Below, one piece after another: positions 37,486 to 48,745 of a stretch of 64,000 nt of DNA. Position numbers and translations under genes: made by a program. The DNA is taken from contig CAZGOG010000005.1 in the NCBI GenBank assembly GCA_964527555.1, positions 5,863-69,862 of the forward strand. The letters are read 5' to 3'. A model generated the notes under the pieces. That model ran no database searches. It saw nothing but the letters and a program-made list of their open reading frames with translations, and was not told where the DNA came from. Source of the stretch: an uncultured Planctomycetia bacterium (GTDB lineage: Bacteria > Omnitrophota > Gorgyraeia > Tantalellales > Tantalellaceae). The stretch's first letter is position 1, and every line of letters starts with the position of its first letter.

Positions 37486-38577
37486 TTATTTAGCCATCGC
37501 GTAAGTTGAGCACTTTTTGTATCCCTTGTAATTTGCTTGTATGACCTCTTGAGCCGGTTTATTTTGCGGCGTAAACTGTCTGTTGTACTCTCCCCCGGCA
37601 TTTATGTTTGTATCCCATTTCCACCAGTATACCCCCGCAAGCCAAGGTTCGTTCCATATGGTCTGGAAAAACGCTTCGTAGCACCTGGCCTGTATTTCCG
37701 GGTCGGCATTTCCGCATGTGCCCCCTTTCCAGGGAGTGTAAGGAGCATGCGGAGTGCTTGCATAACCTATTTCAGTGAAGATGATGGGTTTATTGACCTG
37801 GACTTGCCAGGTTTCGATTTCGTATTTCCACTTTTCCCATCCCTTCTTAAGGTCTTCGATCGTCGGGGCAGATTCATATGTAAGCGGAAAGTAAGCATCT
37901 ATACCCACGTAATCCAGTATATCCCAGAACTTAATGTTCTTGAAATTGTCCCAGTTAGCGGCATAGACGAGTTCTCCCGAGTAGATCTTTTTTACCTCTT
38001 CGATTATTGTACGCCACTCGGAATCTTTCTGTGTGGTAAAGGAGAGCTCCGTTCCCACGCAGAAGAGTTCCACTTTTTCCTTTTCAGCCATCTTCGCATA
38101 GTGAGTTATGTTTTTCTTATATTCCAGGAACCACTTCTTCCAATCATCTTCAGTGTTGAATCCGATATCAGCACGCCAGTAAGTGCCGTCATATTTATCG
38201 AGAAGATCAATGTGGGGTTTGAGCATGACTTTAAGTCCCAGCGTATGGGCGCGTTTGATTGTATGGACTATGCTTCTATCGCTGGGAGTTTGGTCTGTAG
38301 GTTTTATTTCCGTGGAATTATATTGTTCCTGGTATAGCGTCACGCATATTGAGAGGTATTCTACTCCCAGGGACGCGAGTTTCTCCAGGGATTCGTCAGA
38401 GTATTGGGAAGCAAATCTTTCTTTTTCCCAGGTCACGTAACACATACCTTTTTGTGGCAGGAATAGTGTCGTTTCGGAAAATACCGGAAGCACGGGAGAG
38501 AATTGGTATATCGCAAAAACCATTGCGACGAGAACATATAGCGCATTTGTTTTCTTTTTAAGTCGTTGGATCTTCAT
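37486..38577 (-). CDS. GH113-like (clan GH-A TIM barrel) glycoside hydrolase, N-terminally anchored or secreted
   Basis: GLKVMLKPH, WR..I, VGTEL (acid/base Glu), YAANWD, GIDAYFPL, FTEIGY (nucleophile Glu), G.YWWKW, FTPQNKPA. Confidence 0.85.
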   Translation of the reverse strand: MKIQRLKKKTNALYVLVAMVFAIYQFSPVLPVFSETTLFLPQKGMCYVTWEKERFASQYSDESLEKLASLGVEYLSICVTLYQEQYNSTEIKPTDQTPSDRSIVHTIKRAHTLGLKVMLKPHIDLLDKYDGTYWRADIGFNTEDDWKKWFLEYKKNITHYAKMAEKEKVELFCVGTELSFTTQKDSEWRTIIEEVKKIYSGELVYAANWDNFKNIKFWDILDYVGIDAYFPLTYESAPTIEDLKKGWEKWKYEIETWQVQVNKPIIFTEIGYASTPHAPYTPWKGGTCGNADPEIQARCYEAFFQTIWNEPWLAGVYWWKWDTNINAGGEYNRQFTPQNKPAQEVIQANYKGYKKCSTYAMAK

Positions 38578-38678
38578 TTTCTTGCCTTCCTTTCCGCAAA
38601 ACCCGTTTTGACAAAGGCAAGACCCTGTGGATAGGCTTACAAAAAGTTAGCAGAAAATGATGATCCAAGAGTTTCAGT

Positions 38679-38766
38679 TTCGGCAGTCTGACGACCATGT
38701 CCCCAAAAGGGGAGTTAGGCTCATGACTTTGCGTCCTATCCTTTAGGATAGTTTGCCTTTATCGTC
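38679..38766 (-). ncRNA. c-di-GMP-I (GEMM-I) riboswitch aptamer
   Basis: Minus strand AAAGGCAAAC-TATCC TAAA GGATA-GGACGCAAAG-TCATGA-GCCTAA-..CCCC TTTT GGGG..-ATGGTCGTCAGACTGCCG fits GEMM-I conserved blocks; G at the G20-equivalent position. Confidence 0.85.
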
Positions 38767-39014
38767 TATAAACAAGTTTTTTAAAGAGCTTTTGCGATCT
38801 CAATTATAAGCTTAATGATAAAAAAACAAAAAGCAAGATGGAAAAACAAACTTTTTAATATTTAACTTTGATCGAGATTTTAGTATAATTTAAACGCAAA
38901 ATCAAAGAGATTTCCATAGTTGTAAAATTTCATTTGTCTTTCAGGTACTATTTTTATATAATCTATTGCACCAAAAGTGCAAAAGGTCTTGTATAAAATA
39001 CGCAAGGAGAAAAA

Positions 39015-39494
39015 ATGCATACGAAAAAGCGCGTGACATTAACGCGGGAAGGCCGTGAGAAGATATGTAAGGAACTGGAGTTTCTTAAAGGTGAGAGGCG
39101 CCGTGAAATAGCAAAAGCTCTTGCCGAAGCCAGAGCACACGGGGATTTGAGCGAAAATGCCGAATATGATGCCGCAAAGGAAGCCCAGGCCATGAACGAA
39201 AAGAAGATCGCGCAGCTGGAACATACTTTGATGAATGCGCAGCTCATTGATAATGATGCTATGCCCAAAGACATAGCGCTTTTAGGGGCAACAGTAAAAG
39301 TGGGGGACAAAGACACCCTGGAAGAATTTGATTATATGCTTGTCTCTGAAGAGGAATCGGATCTTGATAGAAACAAAATATCCGTTTCCTCACCGGTCGG
39401 TAAAGCCCTCCTGGGGCACAGGGTAGGGGACATCGTTGAAATAGAAGTTCCGGCTGGGGCCATCAAATATGAAATTTTAAAAATCAGCCGGTAA
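39015..39494 (+). CDS. greA: Transcription elongation factor GreA
   Basis: ARAHGDLSENAEYDAAK, ISVSSPVGKALLG. Confidence 0.96.
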   Translation: MHTKKRVTLTREGREKICKELEFLKGERRREIAKALAEARAHGDLSENAEYDAAKEAQAMNEKKIAQLEHTLMNAQLIDNDAMPKDIALLGATVKVGDKDTLEEFDYMLVSEEESDLDRNKISVSSPVGKALLGHRVGDIVEIEVPAGAIKYEILKISR

Positions 39495-39499
39495 TTTAC

Positions 39500-39618
39500 C
39501 CATGCACCAGAAGGCCACGCCCGTAAGGGCGTGGATGAATGGCCTTCGGTGCAGTCTTTCCGCTTGACGGAAAGACTGAAACTGTGGACGCCATGGGCGT
39601 TAGCCCATGGAGCTTCAC
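39500..39618 (+). mobile_element. IS200/IS605-type mini-element, family 1 copy C (best-paired copy)
   Basis: Inserted after the TTTAC that directly follows the greA stop; perfect internal hairpin CAGTCTTTCCG-CTTGA-CGGAAAGACTG; ends TTCAC. Confidence 0.85.
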
Positions 39619-39644
39619 AAAAAAACGGAAAGAAGGACCGTAGC

Positions 39645-40658
39645 ATGAATCTCAAGAATATAAGATGGAAGAAGCTTACTGCAATCATCCTTATCGGTAT
39701 GGTTGTCTATTCCTTTCTGCCGCTTGTTTACCTGTGGCTGATGAAAGGATCCGGTCCGGATGAGAATAATTCAAGCGCCGTAAAGAAACTCGAAAACAAT
39801 GAAGGCAGTTATTTTTCCTTTATCGTTTTTGGCGATAATCATTCCGGGCTTATCTTTAATGATGCCGCCTGTATCAAAGAGGTATGGCACATGAACAGGG
39901 AAGATCGCTTCCGGAAAGTCCCGATAGACTTTGTCCTCAGCGCGGGAGACGTCACTCTCGACGGCAAGCGTTCGCATTTTTTGACTTATAAGAAAATACA
40001 GCGCCTTATAAAATATCCGGTTATTGCGGCTATCGGCAACCATGATGACCGCGAACTTTTTGAGGAATTTTGCGGCAAGAGTGAATTCACCTTTAAAAAT
40101 CGGAATTCGTATTTTATAATTTTGGATAATGAGGCAGGCGCGCTCAGCCAAGGTCAGTTTGATTGGCTGGAGGCTGAGCTCGAAGAAGGCACAAAGTACG
40201 ATCATATTTTTATCGTTATGCACAAACCGCCTTTTGATCCTTATCAGCAGGATTGGTATAACGAGGATAATAGTCCCTGGGCGTACAGGTTCCGTAAGCT
40301 TTGCGGAAAGTACGGTGTGGATATGGTTTTTGCCGGACACAAGCATATGTTTAAACGCGAGGATTTTGACGGCGTAGATTATATCGTTACCGGTGGCGGC
40401 GGCATGCTCATTGAAATCCCTGAAGCAGATGGCGGGTACTTACATTATGTAAGGGTCATGGTAAATAATGATTACGTGACATATGAAGTAAGAAAAGTCT
40501 CGCCGCCGGTATGGGAGTATGTGACGTATTATTTCTGGAAAGAGCTCATGTACTGGATCAGGAATTTTTACGGATCCGGCTATATATTAGGAAAAAACAC
40601 GAAGATAGAACCCCTTCGAGTGCCCGGACTCAACGAACGCAAGTACTGGATAGAATAA
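39645..40658 (+). CDS. Membrane-anchored calcineurin-like metallophosphoesterase
   Basis: GDNH, GD, GNHD, MH, GHKH motifs; N-terminal TM. Confidence 0.88.
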   Translation: MNLKNIRWKKLTAIILIGMVVYSFLPLVYLWLMKGSGPDENNSSAVKKLENNEGSYFSFIVFGDNHSGLIFNDAACIKEVWHMNREDRFRKVPIDFVLSAGDVTLDGKRSHFLTYKKIQRLIKYPVIAAIGNHDDRELFEEFCGKSEFTFKNRNSYFIILDNEAGALSQGQFDWLEAELEEGTKYDHIFIVMHKPPFDPYQQDWYNEDNSPWAYRFRKLCGKYGVDMVFAGHKHMFKREDFDGVDYIVTGGGGMLIEIPEADGGYLHYVRVMVNNDYVTYEVRKVSPPVWEYVTYYFWKELMYWIRNFYGSGYILGKNTKIEPLRVPGLNERKYWIE

Positions 40659-40719
40659 CTGTCTTTTTTACAAAAGACTTCTTTTCTCGGAATCAATATT
40701 GCCAATCATAAATTTTTTG

Positions 40720-40748
40720 TTGACAAAAACAACCTGTCATGATATTCT
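40720..40748 (+). promoter_or_regulatory. Sigma70 promoter of the Rrf2-met/cys operon
   Basis: TTGACA-17-TATTCT with extended TG; TGACA-N9-TGTCA inverted repeat overlaps -35. Confidence 0.6.
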
Positions 40749-40779
40749 ACCAATTGTCTATCGAGAAATAGGAGAATAT

Positions 40780-41214
40780 ATGCTTATCGGGAAGAAAGGC
40801 TATTATTATTTGAAGGTTATACTCTTTTTTGCGTTTAGCAGGAAAGAGTCTTTTCCGATCAAGGAATTGGCGAGGAGGCTTGCGATTTCAGGAAAGGTTC
40901 TTGAACAGGTGCTGCTTTCATTGAAAAACAAGGGGCTTCTTGCGAGTAAGAGAGGGCCGCAGGGCGGATACAGGCTTTCGCGAGATATCTCGCATCTTAC
41001 CGTTATGGATATAGTGGAGATGACCGACAGAAAATTGGATATTCTTCCGATAGAGCCTTCCGGCAAGAAGAATGTCCTGGAGGATGTTCTTATGGCCCTG
41101 GAGGAAGATGTGAAGGTGCAGTTAGTGTTAAAATTCAAGGACCTTAAGATCAAAGATCTGGTAACGAGCATGAAGGAGAAAATAGCGGAAGCCGAATTAA
41201 GCTACATGATTTAA
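40780..41214 (+). CDS. Rrf2-family regulator, Cys-free (CymR-like)
   Basis: LEQV...L...GL..SKRGPQGGY.L wHTH; no Fe-S cysteines; ends SYMI. Confidence 0.85.
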   Translation: MLIGKKGYYYLKVILFFAFSRKESFPIKELARRLAISGKVLEQVLLSLKNKGLLASKRGPQGGYRLSRDISHLTVMDIVEMTDRKLDILPIEPSGKKNVLEDVLMALEEDVKVQLVLKFKDLKIKDLVTSMKEKIAEAELSYMI

Positions 41215-41238
41215 CCTTAATTGCGCTTCTAACCTTAG

Positions 41239-42570
<1,332 letters not shown>

Positions 42571-42632
42571 GATTGCCGATTTTTTCTCAAGCGGGAAGAA
42601 TCATTCCCTTCGCATGAAAAAGGAGCTTTAAG

Positions 42633-43565
42633 ATGAAGATATATGATGATATTACGCAGACCGCTGGCAATACGCCTCTAGTCAGGCTGCGCAAGATTGG
42701 TAAAGATCTGCCGGGTAGGATACTCGCCAAATTGGAGTTCTTTAATCCTTTGGCCAGTGTTAAGGATCGTATAGGAGTGGCTATGATCGAGGCAGCCGAA
42801 AGGGAAGGCAAGCTGAAAAAAAACTCAGTGATCATCGAGCCGACAAGCGGCAATACCGGGATAGCGCTTGCTTTCGTGAGTGCCGCAAAGGGATATAAGC
42901 TTGTGCTTACGATGCCTGATACGATGAGCGTTGAAAGGCGCGCTCTTTTGAAGATACTGGGAGCAGAGCTTGTTCTTACTCCGGGTGAAAAAGGCATGAA
43001 GGGCGCAGTTGAAAAAGCGGAAGAGCTGGCCAAAAAGATGCCGGACTCTTTTATGCCCCAACAGTTTGAAAATGAGGCGAATCCCGAAGCACACAGAAGG
43101 ACCACCGCAAAAGAAATATGGGACGACACCGACGGGGAAGTGGATATTTTCGTGGCCGGGATCGGCACGGGGGGAACCATTACCGGTGTGGGGGAGGCAC
43201 TTAAGAAGAACAAGCCTCGAGTGAAGCTTATAGGCGTTGAACCCGAAGCTTCGGCGGTTCTTTCCGGGGGAGAACCCGGTCCGCACAAGATACAGGGTAT
43301 TGGAGCGGGGTTTATTCCTAAGGTCTTGAAAAAAGAGCTGATAGATGAGATAATAACCATTTCCGATGATGATGCGGGAAAATACGCCAGGCTCCTCGCA
43401 AGAGAAGAAGGGCTCCTGGTGGGGATATCCGCCGGAGCGAACGTGGCGGCTGCTGTAAAAGTGGCTTCCAGGGAAGAAAACAAGGATAAAAATATAGTCG
43501 TGATTCTTCCGGATTCCGGCGAAAGGTATTTAAGTACGTGGTTGTTTAAAGATTATTTGGACTAA
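42633..43565 (+). CDS. cysK: Cysteine synthase A
   Basis: [34 protein letters not shown]. Confidence 0.95.
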   Translation: MKIYDDITQTAGNTPLVRLRKIGKDLPGRILAKLEFFNPLASVKDRIGVAMIEAAEREGKLKKNSVIIEPTSGNTGIALAFVSAAKGYKLVLTMPDTMSVERRALLKILGAELVLTPGEKGMKGAVEKAEELAKKMPDSFMPQQFENEANPEAHRRTTAKEIWDDTDGEVDIFVAGIGTGGTITGVGEALKKNKPRVKLIGVEPEASAVLSGGEPGPHKIQGIGAGFIPKVLKKELIDEIITISDDDAGKYARLLAREEGLLVGISAGANVAAAVKVASREENKDKNIVVILPDSGERYLSTWLFKDYLD

Positions 43566-43590
43566 ACAGAGTTTTTTAAAAGGTGGGAAC

Positions 43591-44745
43591 ATGCCCCAAA
43601 GAGCTAAAAAAGAAAAAGAAGGACTAGGGATAGTCCAGACACAATACTACAATGCACCCAAGGATGAGAAGTTCCTCATGGAGAGCGGAGCTTCTTTTTC
43701 GGAGCTAAAAATCGCCTATGAGACTTACGGGAAGTTAAACAGCCGTAAGAACAATGCCGTCCTTATATGTCATGCGCTTTCGGGGGATGCCCATGCGGCG
43801 GGATATCACGCGGGCGAAAAGAAGCCCGGATGGTGGGATGATATGATCGGTCCGGAAAAGGCTTTCGACACAAACAAATATTTTGTCGTCTCCTCCAACA
43901 TAATCGGCGGCTGTAAGGGCTCAAGCGGCCCCAATTCGATTAATCCCTCGACGGGCAAACCTTACGCCTTGAGTTTTCCGATCGTCTCCGTCGTGGACAT
44001 GGTGAATGCACAGAAAAAGTTATTGGATTTTTTGGGGGTCAAGAAATTGCTTTCTGTCTGCGGCGGGTCTATGGGGGGGATGCAGGCCCTGCAATGGGCA
44101 GTATCGTATCCGGAGGAAGTCGTCTCCTGTATCCCGATAGCTACCACGTATAAACATTCTGCCCAGCAGATAGCCTTTGATGAAGTGGGGCGCCAGGCGA
44201 TAATGGCGGATCCTGCATGGAACGGCGGCGATTATTACGAAAAACAATGTCCTTCGGCGGGGCTGGCTGTTGCAAGGATGATAGGACATATTACGTATAT
44301 GAGCAATGAGTCTATGGAGAAAAAATTCGGCAGGGTGCTTAAAAAGAAGGAACTGGGATATGAGTTTTCCACGGAATTTGAAGTGGAGGGTTACCTCCGC
44401 TACAGGGGGGATAACTTTGTAAAAAGGTTCGATGCCAACAGTTACCTTTATATAACTAAAGCTATGGACTATTTTGACCTTCAGAAGGACCAGAAATTAT
44501 ACCATGCTTTTAAAGATATAAAGACGAGGTTTTTAGTCATTGCTTTTAGCTCGGACTGGCTTTATCCGCCGGCGCAGTCGAAAGAAATCGTCAGGGCTCT
44601 TAAGATGAACGGTATAGATGTCACATATTGCGAAATAAGCTCCGATTACGGGCATGACGCGTTTCTTCTTGAGTTTCAAGAAGAAACGAAGTTGATTAAA
44701 CACTTCCTGGATAATACCCACAAGAAACTGGAAAGGAAGAAATGA
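43591..44745 (+). CDS. metX: Homoserine O-acetyltransferase
   Basis: CHALSG, GGSMGG nucleophile elbow, RFDANSY, GHDAFL. Confidence 0.95.
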   Translation: MPQRAKKEKEGLGIVQTQYYNAPKDEKFLMESGASFSELKIAYETYGKLNSRKNNAVLICHALSGDAHAAGYHAGEKKPGWWDDMIGPEKAFDTNKYFVVSSNIIGGCKGSSGPNSINPSTGKPYALSFPIVSVVDMVNAQKKLLDFLGVKKLLSVCGGSMGGMQALQWAVSYPEEVVSCIPIATTYKHSAQQIAFDEVGRQAIMADPAWNGGDYYEKQCPSAGLAVARMIGHITYMSNESMEKKFGRVLKKKELGYEFSTEFEVEGYLRYRGDNFVKRFDANSYLYITKAMDYFDLQKDQKLYHAFKDIKTRFLVIAFSSDWLYPPAQSKEIVRALKMNGIDVTYCEISSDYGHDAFLLEFQEETKLIKHFLDNTHKKLERKK

Positions 44746-45344
44746 TAAGTAAGAGCAAGGAAGAGTTGAGACTCGATCATAAGGTTATCGGGGACATGAT
44801 AGAAAATGGTTCCACGGTGCTTGATTTGGGCTGCGGTAGCGGTGAGCTTCTGGAGTATCTTGCGAGTAGTAAAGATGTAAAGGGCAGCGGCGTGGAGATA
44901 AGCGAAGAAGCCATCTACAGATGCGTGGAAAAAGGGCTCAGCGTATCCCACGGCGATATAGATTCGGGACTTAAAGAATATCCTGATCACCTTTTTGATT
45001 ATGTGATTTTTAATCAGACAATGCAGCAGGTACACAGGCCCAAGGAAGCTATAAGAGAAGCCTTGAGGGTAGGCAAGAAGGTCATAATAGGGTTTCCGAA
45101 TTTCTGTTATATAAAAGCGAGGTTGCAGCTCTTTTTCGGGGGGCATGTCCCGGTGACCCCTTCGTTGCCGTACACCTGGTATGATACCCCTAACCTTCAC
45201 TTTTTAAGTATCAAGGATTTTACGAATTTTTGCGCTCAAGAGAAAATAAAAACCGAGAAAAAAGTGTTTCTTGCTGAAAAAAGTATTGTAAAGTTCATGC
45301 CGAATATTTTTGCTCTTAATGCCGTTTTTCAGATCTCCCGATAG
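44742..45344 (+). CDS. metW: Methionine biosynthesis protein MetW
   Basis: [20 protein letters not shown]; follows metX. Confidence 0.92.
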   Translation: MISKSKEELRLDHKVIGDMIENGSTVLDLGCGSGELLEYLASSKDVKGSGVEISEEAIYRCVEKGLSVSHGDIDSGLKEYPDHLFDYVIFNQTMQQVHRPKEAIREALRVGKKVIIGFPNFCYIKARLQLFFGGHVPVTPSLPYTWYDTPNLHFLSIKDFTNFCAQEKIKTEKKVFLAEKSIVKFMPNIFALNAVFQISR

Positions 45345-45395
45345 TAGAAGTGAACAAATAGTGTTATTTGGACCCGAAAACCCGTATTCATCTAC

Positions 45396-48300
45396 ATGGA
45401 TGCCTTCCAAAAGTATTACAAGAGTTTAAACAGTCAGCAGAGAAAAGCCGCCGGTACCACCGATGGCGCGGTCCTGGTGCTTGCCGGTCCCGGTACCGGC
45501 AAGACGCAGCTACTTTCTATCCGAACCGCCAACATTATCAGGCAAAATAAAGCTAAGGCGGAGAATATCCTCATCCTTACATTTACAAACGCAGCCGCTA
45601 GAGCCATGCGGCAAAGGCTTGCCTCAGTCATAGGACATGACGGATACAACGTGGAAGTTGAGACATTTCACAGTTTTGCCAACTCTATAGTCCTGGAATC
45701 GGAAGGCGCCATCAAATACGTCAAGGACAGGATAGAGATGAGCGAGGTCGAAAAAGTCAGAGCCATAGAATATATCCTGGATAACGTTAAAGGCGCCGAA
45801 GTCCTAAGGCCTTTCGGCTCGCCCTATATCCACCGCAAGGAGATCGAGAAAAGGATCAGCGAACTTAAGAATGAAGGGATAACACCGGAAGACTTTAACA
45901 GCAGCCTGAAAGATCTAAAAGCGGACGGCATAAATCTGGAAGAGAGGCATATCACGCGCCTCAACGCGCTTAGCATTATTTACGAAAATTATGAGAAGTT
46001 AAAGGACGAAAAGTCTCTCGTTCTTTTTGATGAAAGAGGCCGGATAGATTATGACGACATGATACTTATCGCTTTAGACGCCTTAAAAAAGGATGAGGAG
46101 CTCCGGAAGCTTTTCAGGAAAGAGTACAAGTACGTAATGGTCGATGAATACCAGGACACCAACGGCGCGCAGCTGGAACTGCTTTTTGCTATTTTGGACC
46201 CGGTCTCCTGCAATGTCTGTTGCGTTGGTGACGATGACCAGGCGATTTACCGTTTCCAGGGCGCTACTTTAGCGAATTTCCGCGAACTTAAGAAGAGGCT
46301 TCCCGCTCTTGAGACGATCAAGCTTACGGATAATTATCGGTCGACCGGCCGCTTAATAGAACTGACGGACAAGATAATCCGGCAGCTTCCCGAGAAAGAA
46401 CGCATAGCCGTAAAAAATCTTACGTCTTGCGCGCATTATAATAACGACGGCATCCGTTTTCTGGAATTTTTGACCGAAGAAGAAGAACTTGCCTTCCTGG
46501 TGGAAGAGGTGAAGAAGCAGGCGGACATTATCAAAAAGGACAAATCGCTTTCGGCCGAAGAGAGAGAAAAACCTTTTAATAATATTGCCGTATTGGTACG
46601 CAAAAGAGAACAAATATTACGCGTTATAGATGCGTTTTTGAAAGCCGGAGTGCCTTATGCCACGGATGGAGAGGAAGACATAAGACAGGAGAGGCGCGTA
46701 AGACAGATGCTTGATGTGCTCGAACTTGCCAGAGCGAGTGCCGCAACTAACGAGAGAAAGTCTCTTGTGCTTTATAAGGTTCTTACATCCGATTATATTG
46801 ATGCCTCACAGACGGACATATTAAAATTTATCAGTTTCATCGAGGGCCTCAGGCGTTCTCGGAAGGCAAACGGTATCGATGATTACCGCTCATGTAATTT
46901 TTTCGAGATATTCGTTGAACGTTTCGCCAGGTTTGAAAAAAACGCCGACGGTGGGAATCTTATGCCTTCCGGCAGTGAATCAAGCGCCCTTGGGATTGCC
47001 CGCGAACTGAAACTTGAAAACCCCTGCGCTTTGCATAAGGCAGCATGGGCGATAAACAGGCTTCTCGCCGATAGCGGCAGTCGCCCCGTTCACGATGTGC
47101 TTATGAGGTACATAAGCGACGTGAATCTATACAGATTTATTTTGAAGAGGTACGAAAAAGACCAAGTCATCCGCATAAGGGATTTAAGGGCTTTAGTCTC
47201 TTTTATCAACATGGTCAAAGAGGCGGATATGGCTAACCCGGCTTTGGGACTTGATGAATTTATGGAAGAGCTGAGCTTGAGAGAAATGCACGGTATGCCC
47301 GTTAAAGGGGAGCTTGCCACCCTCAGCCAGGATGGGGTGCGTCTTTATACCGCGCATAAGTCAAAGGGGCTTGAGTTCTATACCGTATTTATGCCGTTCT
47401 GTCTTGAACAGAAAAGCTGGCCGGTCCGCAAAAAAGCGGAGACGGTGCCGCTCCCTCCGGAGATATGCAGGAGCAAAGAGAGGGCGACTGAAAAAGAGAC
47501 GCTGAAGCTTCTTAATAGATATGATGAACTGCGCCTTTTCTATGTAGCGTCTACCAGAGCTAAAGCATATCTTATCTATACGGCCACCCCACGCGAAAAA
47601 GTCGTAATAAGCCAGTTTTTAAGCTACATAGGCATGGAGCCTGTCTCTGGGGCGCCGCCGGAGGAAGAGGAGTTTCTCGGTGAGTACCTGCAAAGAACGA
47701 AGGATAGAGACCCGCTTGAGAATATCTCGGATGCAGTGCAAGATATTGTTACGAATCTTTCATTAAACCCCACCAGCCTTAATAATTACATAACCTGCAG
47801 GAGAAAGTTCCTCTACGATAACGTACTGCGTCTTCCGGGCAGGAAGAACCAGCACCTAGTTTTTGGTAACTGCGCACACAAGGCCCTTGAAGAGGTGTAC
47901 ACATCTTTCATGGATAATGGGAAATTTCCTTCCTTTGTGTTTTTTAAGGATGCATTCAAGAAAGAACTGGAGTACCAGGGCTCAACTAGCGAGATAAAGA
48001 CCTGGTGTCTGGACAGGCTGGAGACCTTGAGCAAGTGGTACGCCGTTTCTGCAAAATCCCCGGTAATGCCCATGGACCTTGAAAATAAACTGGAAATTCA
48101 TATTCCGGAGGGGCCTCTATTCAAGGGTACGTTTGATAAGATAGAGGCGGATGCCGCGGGAGGCATCCGCGTGATAGATTATAAGACCGGCAAGCCCGAT
48201 AAGCATATAAAGGCTATAGCCAATTGCAAGGATCTTTCGAAGTATGCGTGTGACGATTATTACCGGCAGCTCGTAGCGTACAAGATGCTGTATGAAGCTT

Positions 48301-48572
48301 CCCGTTCGGTAAGGGAACAGAAGTCTGTCACCAAAGGCGTAATCCAGTTTTTGGAACCGGTATCAGAGACCGTAAAAAAATACAGCATGGAAAAAGGCAC
48401 ATACAGCGATATCACCGTCGATCTTACGGATGAGATGGTTAAGGAGCTTAAAAATGTTATAATGGATTGCTGGAATAATATACAGGCGCTTAAGTTCGAG
48501 AAGTTGCCGGAAAGAGACGATAAAGACAGGTGCGCCCGGTGTGAATATGACTCTATTTGCTGGCAGAGGTAA
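45396..48572 (+). CDS. UvrD/PcrA-type SF1 helicase fused to C-terminal RecB-family PD-(D/E)XK nuclease with 4-Cys Fe-S motif (AdnB-like)
   Basis: AGPGTGKT, VDEYQD, VGDDDQAIYRFQGA, HKSKGLEF, YVASTRAK; GTFDKI..IDYKTG..QL..Y; Cys in NNYITC plus CARCEYDSIC. Confidence 0.88.
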   Translation: MDAFQKYYKSLNSQQRKAAGTTDGAVLVLAGPGTGKTQLLSIRTANIIRQNKAKAENILILTFTNAAARAMRQRLASVIGHDGYNVEVETFHSFANSIVLESEGAIKYVKDRIEMSEVEKVRAIEYILDNVKGAEVLRPFGSPYIHRKEIEKRISELKNEGITPEDFNSSLKDLKADGINLEERHITRLNALSIIYENYEKLKDEKSLVLFDERGRIDYDDMILIALDALKKDEELRKLFRKEYKYVMVDEYQDTNGAQLELLFAILDPVSCNVCCVGDDDQAIYRFQGATLANFRELKKRLPALETIKLTDNYRSTGRLIELTDKIIRQLPEKERIAVKNLTSCAHYNNDGIRFLEFLTEEEELAFLVEEVKKQADIIKKDKSLSAEEREKPFNNIAVLVRKREQILRVIDAFLKAGVPYATDGEEDIRQERRVRQMLDVLELARASAATNERKSLVLYKVLTSDYIDASQTDILKFISFIEGLRRSRKANGIDDYRSCNFFEIFVERFARFEKNADGGNLMPSGSESSALGIARELKLENPCALHKAAWAINRLLADSGSRPVHDVLMRYISDVNLYRFILKRYEKDQVIRIRDLRALVSFINMVKEADMANPALGLDEFMEELSLREMHGMPVKGELATLSQDGVRLYTAHKSKGLEFYTVFMPFCLEQKSWPVRKKAETVPLPPEICRSKERATEKETLKLLNRYDELRLFYVASTRAKAYLIYTATPREKVVISQFLSYIGMEPVSGAPPEEEEFLGEYLQRTKDRDPLENISDAVQDIVTNLSLNPTSLNNYITCRRKFLYDNVLRLPGRKNQHLVFGNCAHKALEEVYTSFMDNGKFPSFVFFKDAFKKELEYQGSTSEIKTWCLDRLETLSKWYAVSAKSPVMPMDLENKLEIHIPEGPLFKGTFDKIEADAAGGIRVIDYKTGKPDKHIKAIANCKDLSKYACDDYYRQLVAYKMLYEASRSVREQKSVTKGVIQFLEPVSETVKKYSMEKGTYSDITVDLTDEMVKELKNVIMDCWNNIQALKFEKLPERDDKDRCARCEYDSICWQR

Positions 48573-48575
48573 AGC

Positions 48576-48737
48576 TTATGGTTCGACTCACTTCGTTCGC
48601 TCACCATTAATCTGCGGGGAAAGATATTTTGGACTTAGAACGAAGGAACACCACGGATGTTAATTCGTGGATGCAGAACTATATCGACCGAAGGTCGCAA
48701 AGGGATGAACCACGGACGTGAATCCGTAGAGATTCAT
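48576..48737 (+). repeat. Composite structured repeat, family 2 copy F
   Basis: Homologous to 34491-34651; CCACGGAT GTTA ATTCGTGG and CCACGGAC GTGA ATCCGTAG hairpins; ends AGATTCAT directly before AAGGAG. Confidence 0.8.
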
Positions 48738-48745
48738 AAGGAGAG

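Noticed and set aside
37537-38337. 266-aa + strand ORF
   Set aside because: Antisense shadow of the GH113-like gene; no motif or RBS
38966-38982. TTGCAC-N5-GTGCAA inverted repeat before greA
   Set aside because: Spacing fits neither NtrC nor CIRCE sites; single short occurrence
39531-39644. N-terminal extension MDEWPSVQSFRLTERLKLW... on the metallophosphoesterase, similar ORF 15448..15699(-), and MELH starts at 18274 and 57742
   Set aside because: All are translations of the mini-element; downstream ATGs with RBS-like sequences give sensible proteins, and in-frame read-through is expected by chance
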